Below, piece by piece: positions 63,705 through 64,000 of a stretch of DNA of 64,000 bases (positions within the stretch are counted from its first letter, which is position 1; the number at the start of each line of letters is the position of its first letter). This DNA is from Torpedo marmorata (taxonomy: Eukaryota): contig OZ360243.1 of assembly GCA_977017645.1 (NCBI GenBank), forward strand, positions 65,224,001 through 65,288,000, in the 5' to 3' direction. The notes below the pieces were generated by a model. The model did not search any database, was not told the origin of the DNA, and worked only from the letters and a program-made list of their open reading frames with translations. The position numbers were made by a program, and so were the translations under genes.

Positions 63705-64000
63705 CTGGGAATATACGTTCAAGTTCAAGCTTATTGTGGGAGGACATACGTGACATCACACAATTTTGAGATTTTTTTCCTGAGGGCTAGGCGGAATTTC
63801 TACTTATTGGTAGTGGAAACTGTACTCAAGAAAAATATACCTATACAAAAGAGATGATCATTTAACTTGTGTCCAGAATTATAAAAACATAAGGGCAGGA
63901 GTCAGCTATCTGGCCCATGGACTCTGCTCCGCCATTCAATATAGCTGATCTGGCTGTGGATTCAGATCCACCTTATCTGCCTTTTCCTCATTATCCTTCA
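63705..64000 (-). mobile_element. LINE tails (Rex1-like at about 63710-63850, CR1-like at about 63885-64000)
   Basis: (ttcaag)n tail and ttttcctgagggctaggcggaatt, then gcaggagtcagctatctggccc...tgatctggc. Confidence 0.65.

Overview
Eukaryotic genomic DNA from a cartilaginous fish, inferred from the HE1-like V-SINEs, CR1/HER1-type LINEs and chondrichthyan-type 18S fragment. The species cannot be determined from this window. It holds one complete protein-coding gene, GATA3, on the minus strand. The five coding exons are 42973-42739, 41594-41067, 36880-36735, 32631-32506 and 16234-15935: 1335 nt, 444 aa, all introns GT-AG. A CCAAT-rich proximal promoter and non-coding exon lie at about 43.5-44.0 kb, a candidate distal first exon at about 52.5-52.7 kb, and a long repeat-free 3' UTR follows the stop. 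Positions 1-37.3 kb are crowded with often nested repeats: CR1, Rex1/Babar-like, RTE and L1 LINE fragments, V-SINEs, hAT and Tigger-like MITEs, a solo LTR and an 18S rRNA fragment. Positions 37.3-63.6 kb form an almost LINE/SINE-free, CpG-retaining regulatory domain. The most unusual signal is a family of short fold-back Penelope-derived elements, each carrying a minimal hammerhead-ribozyme-like motif with a U3 core variant. They are essentially the only transposons I recognise inside that domain. Nearly all other ORFs in the track are repeat fragments or noise. Comparisons with human GATA3 and repeat consensus sequences are from memory, not from alignments, and repeat boundaries are approximate.
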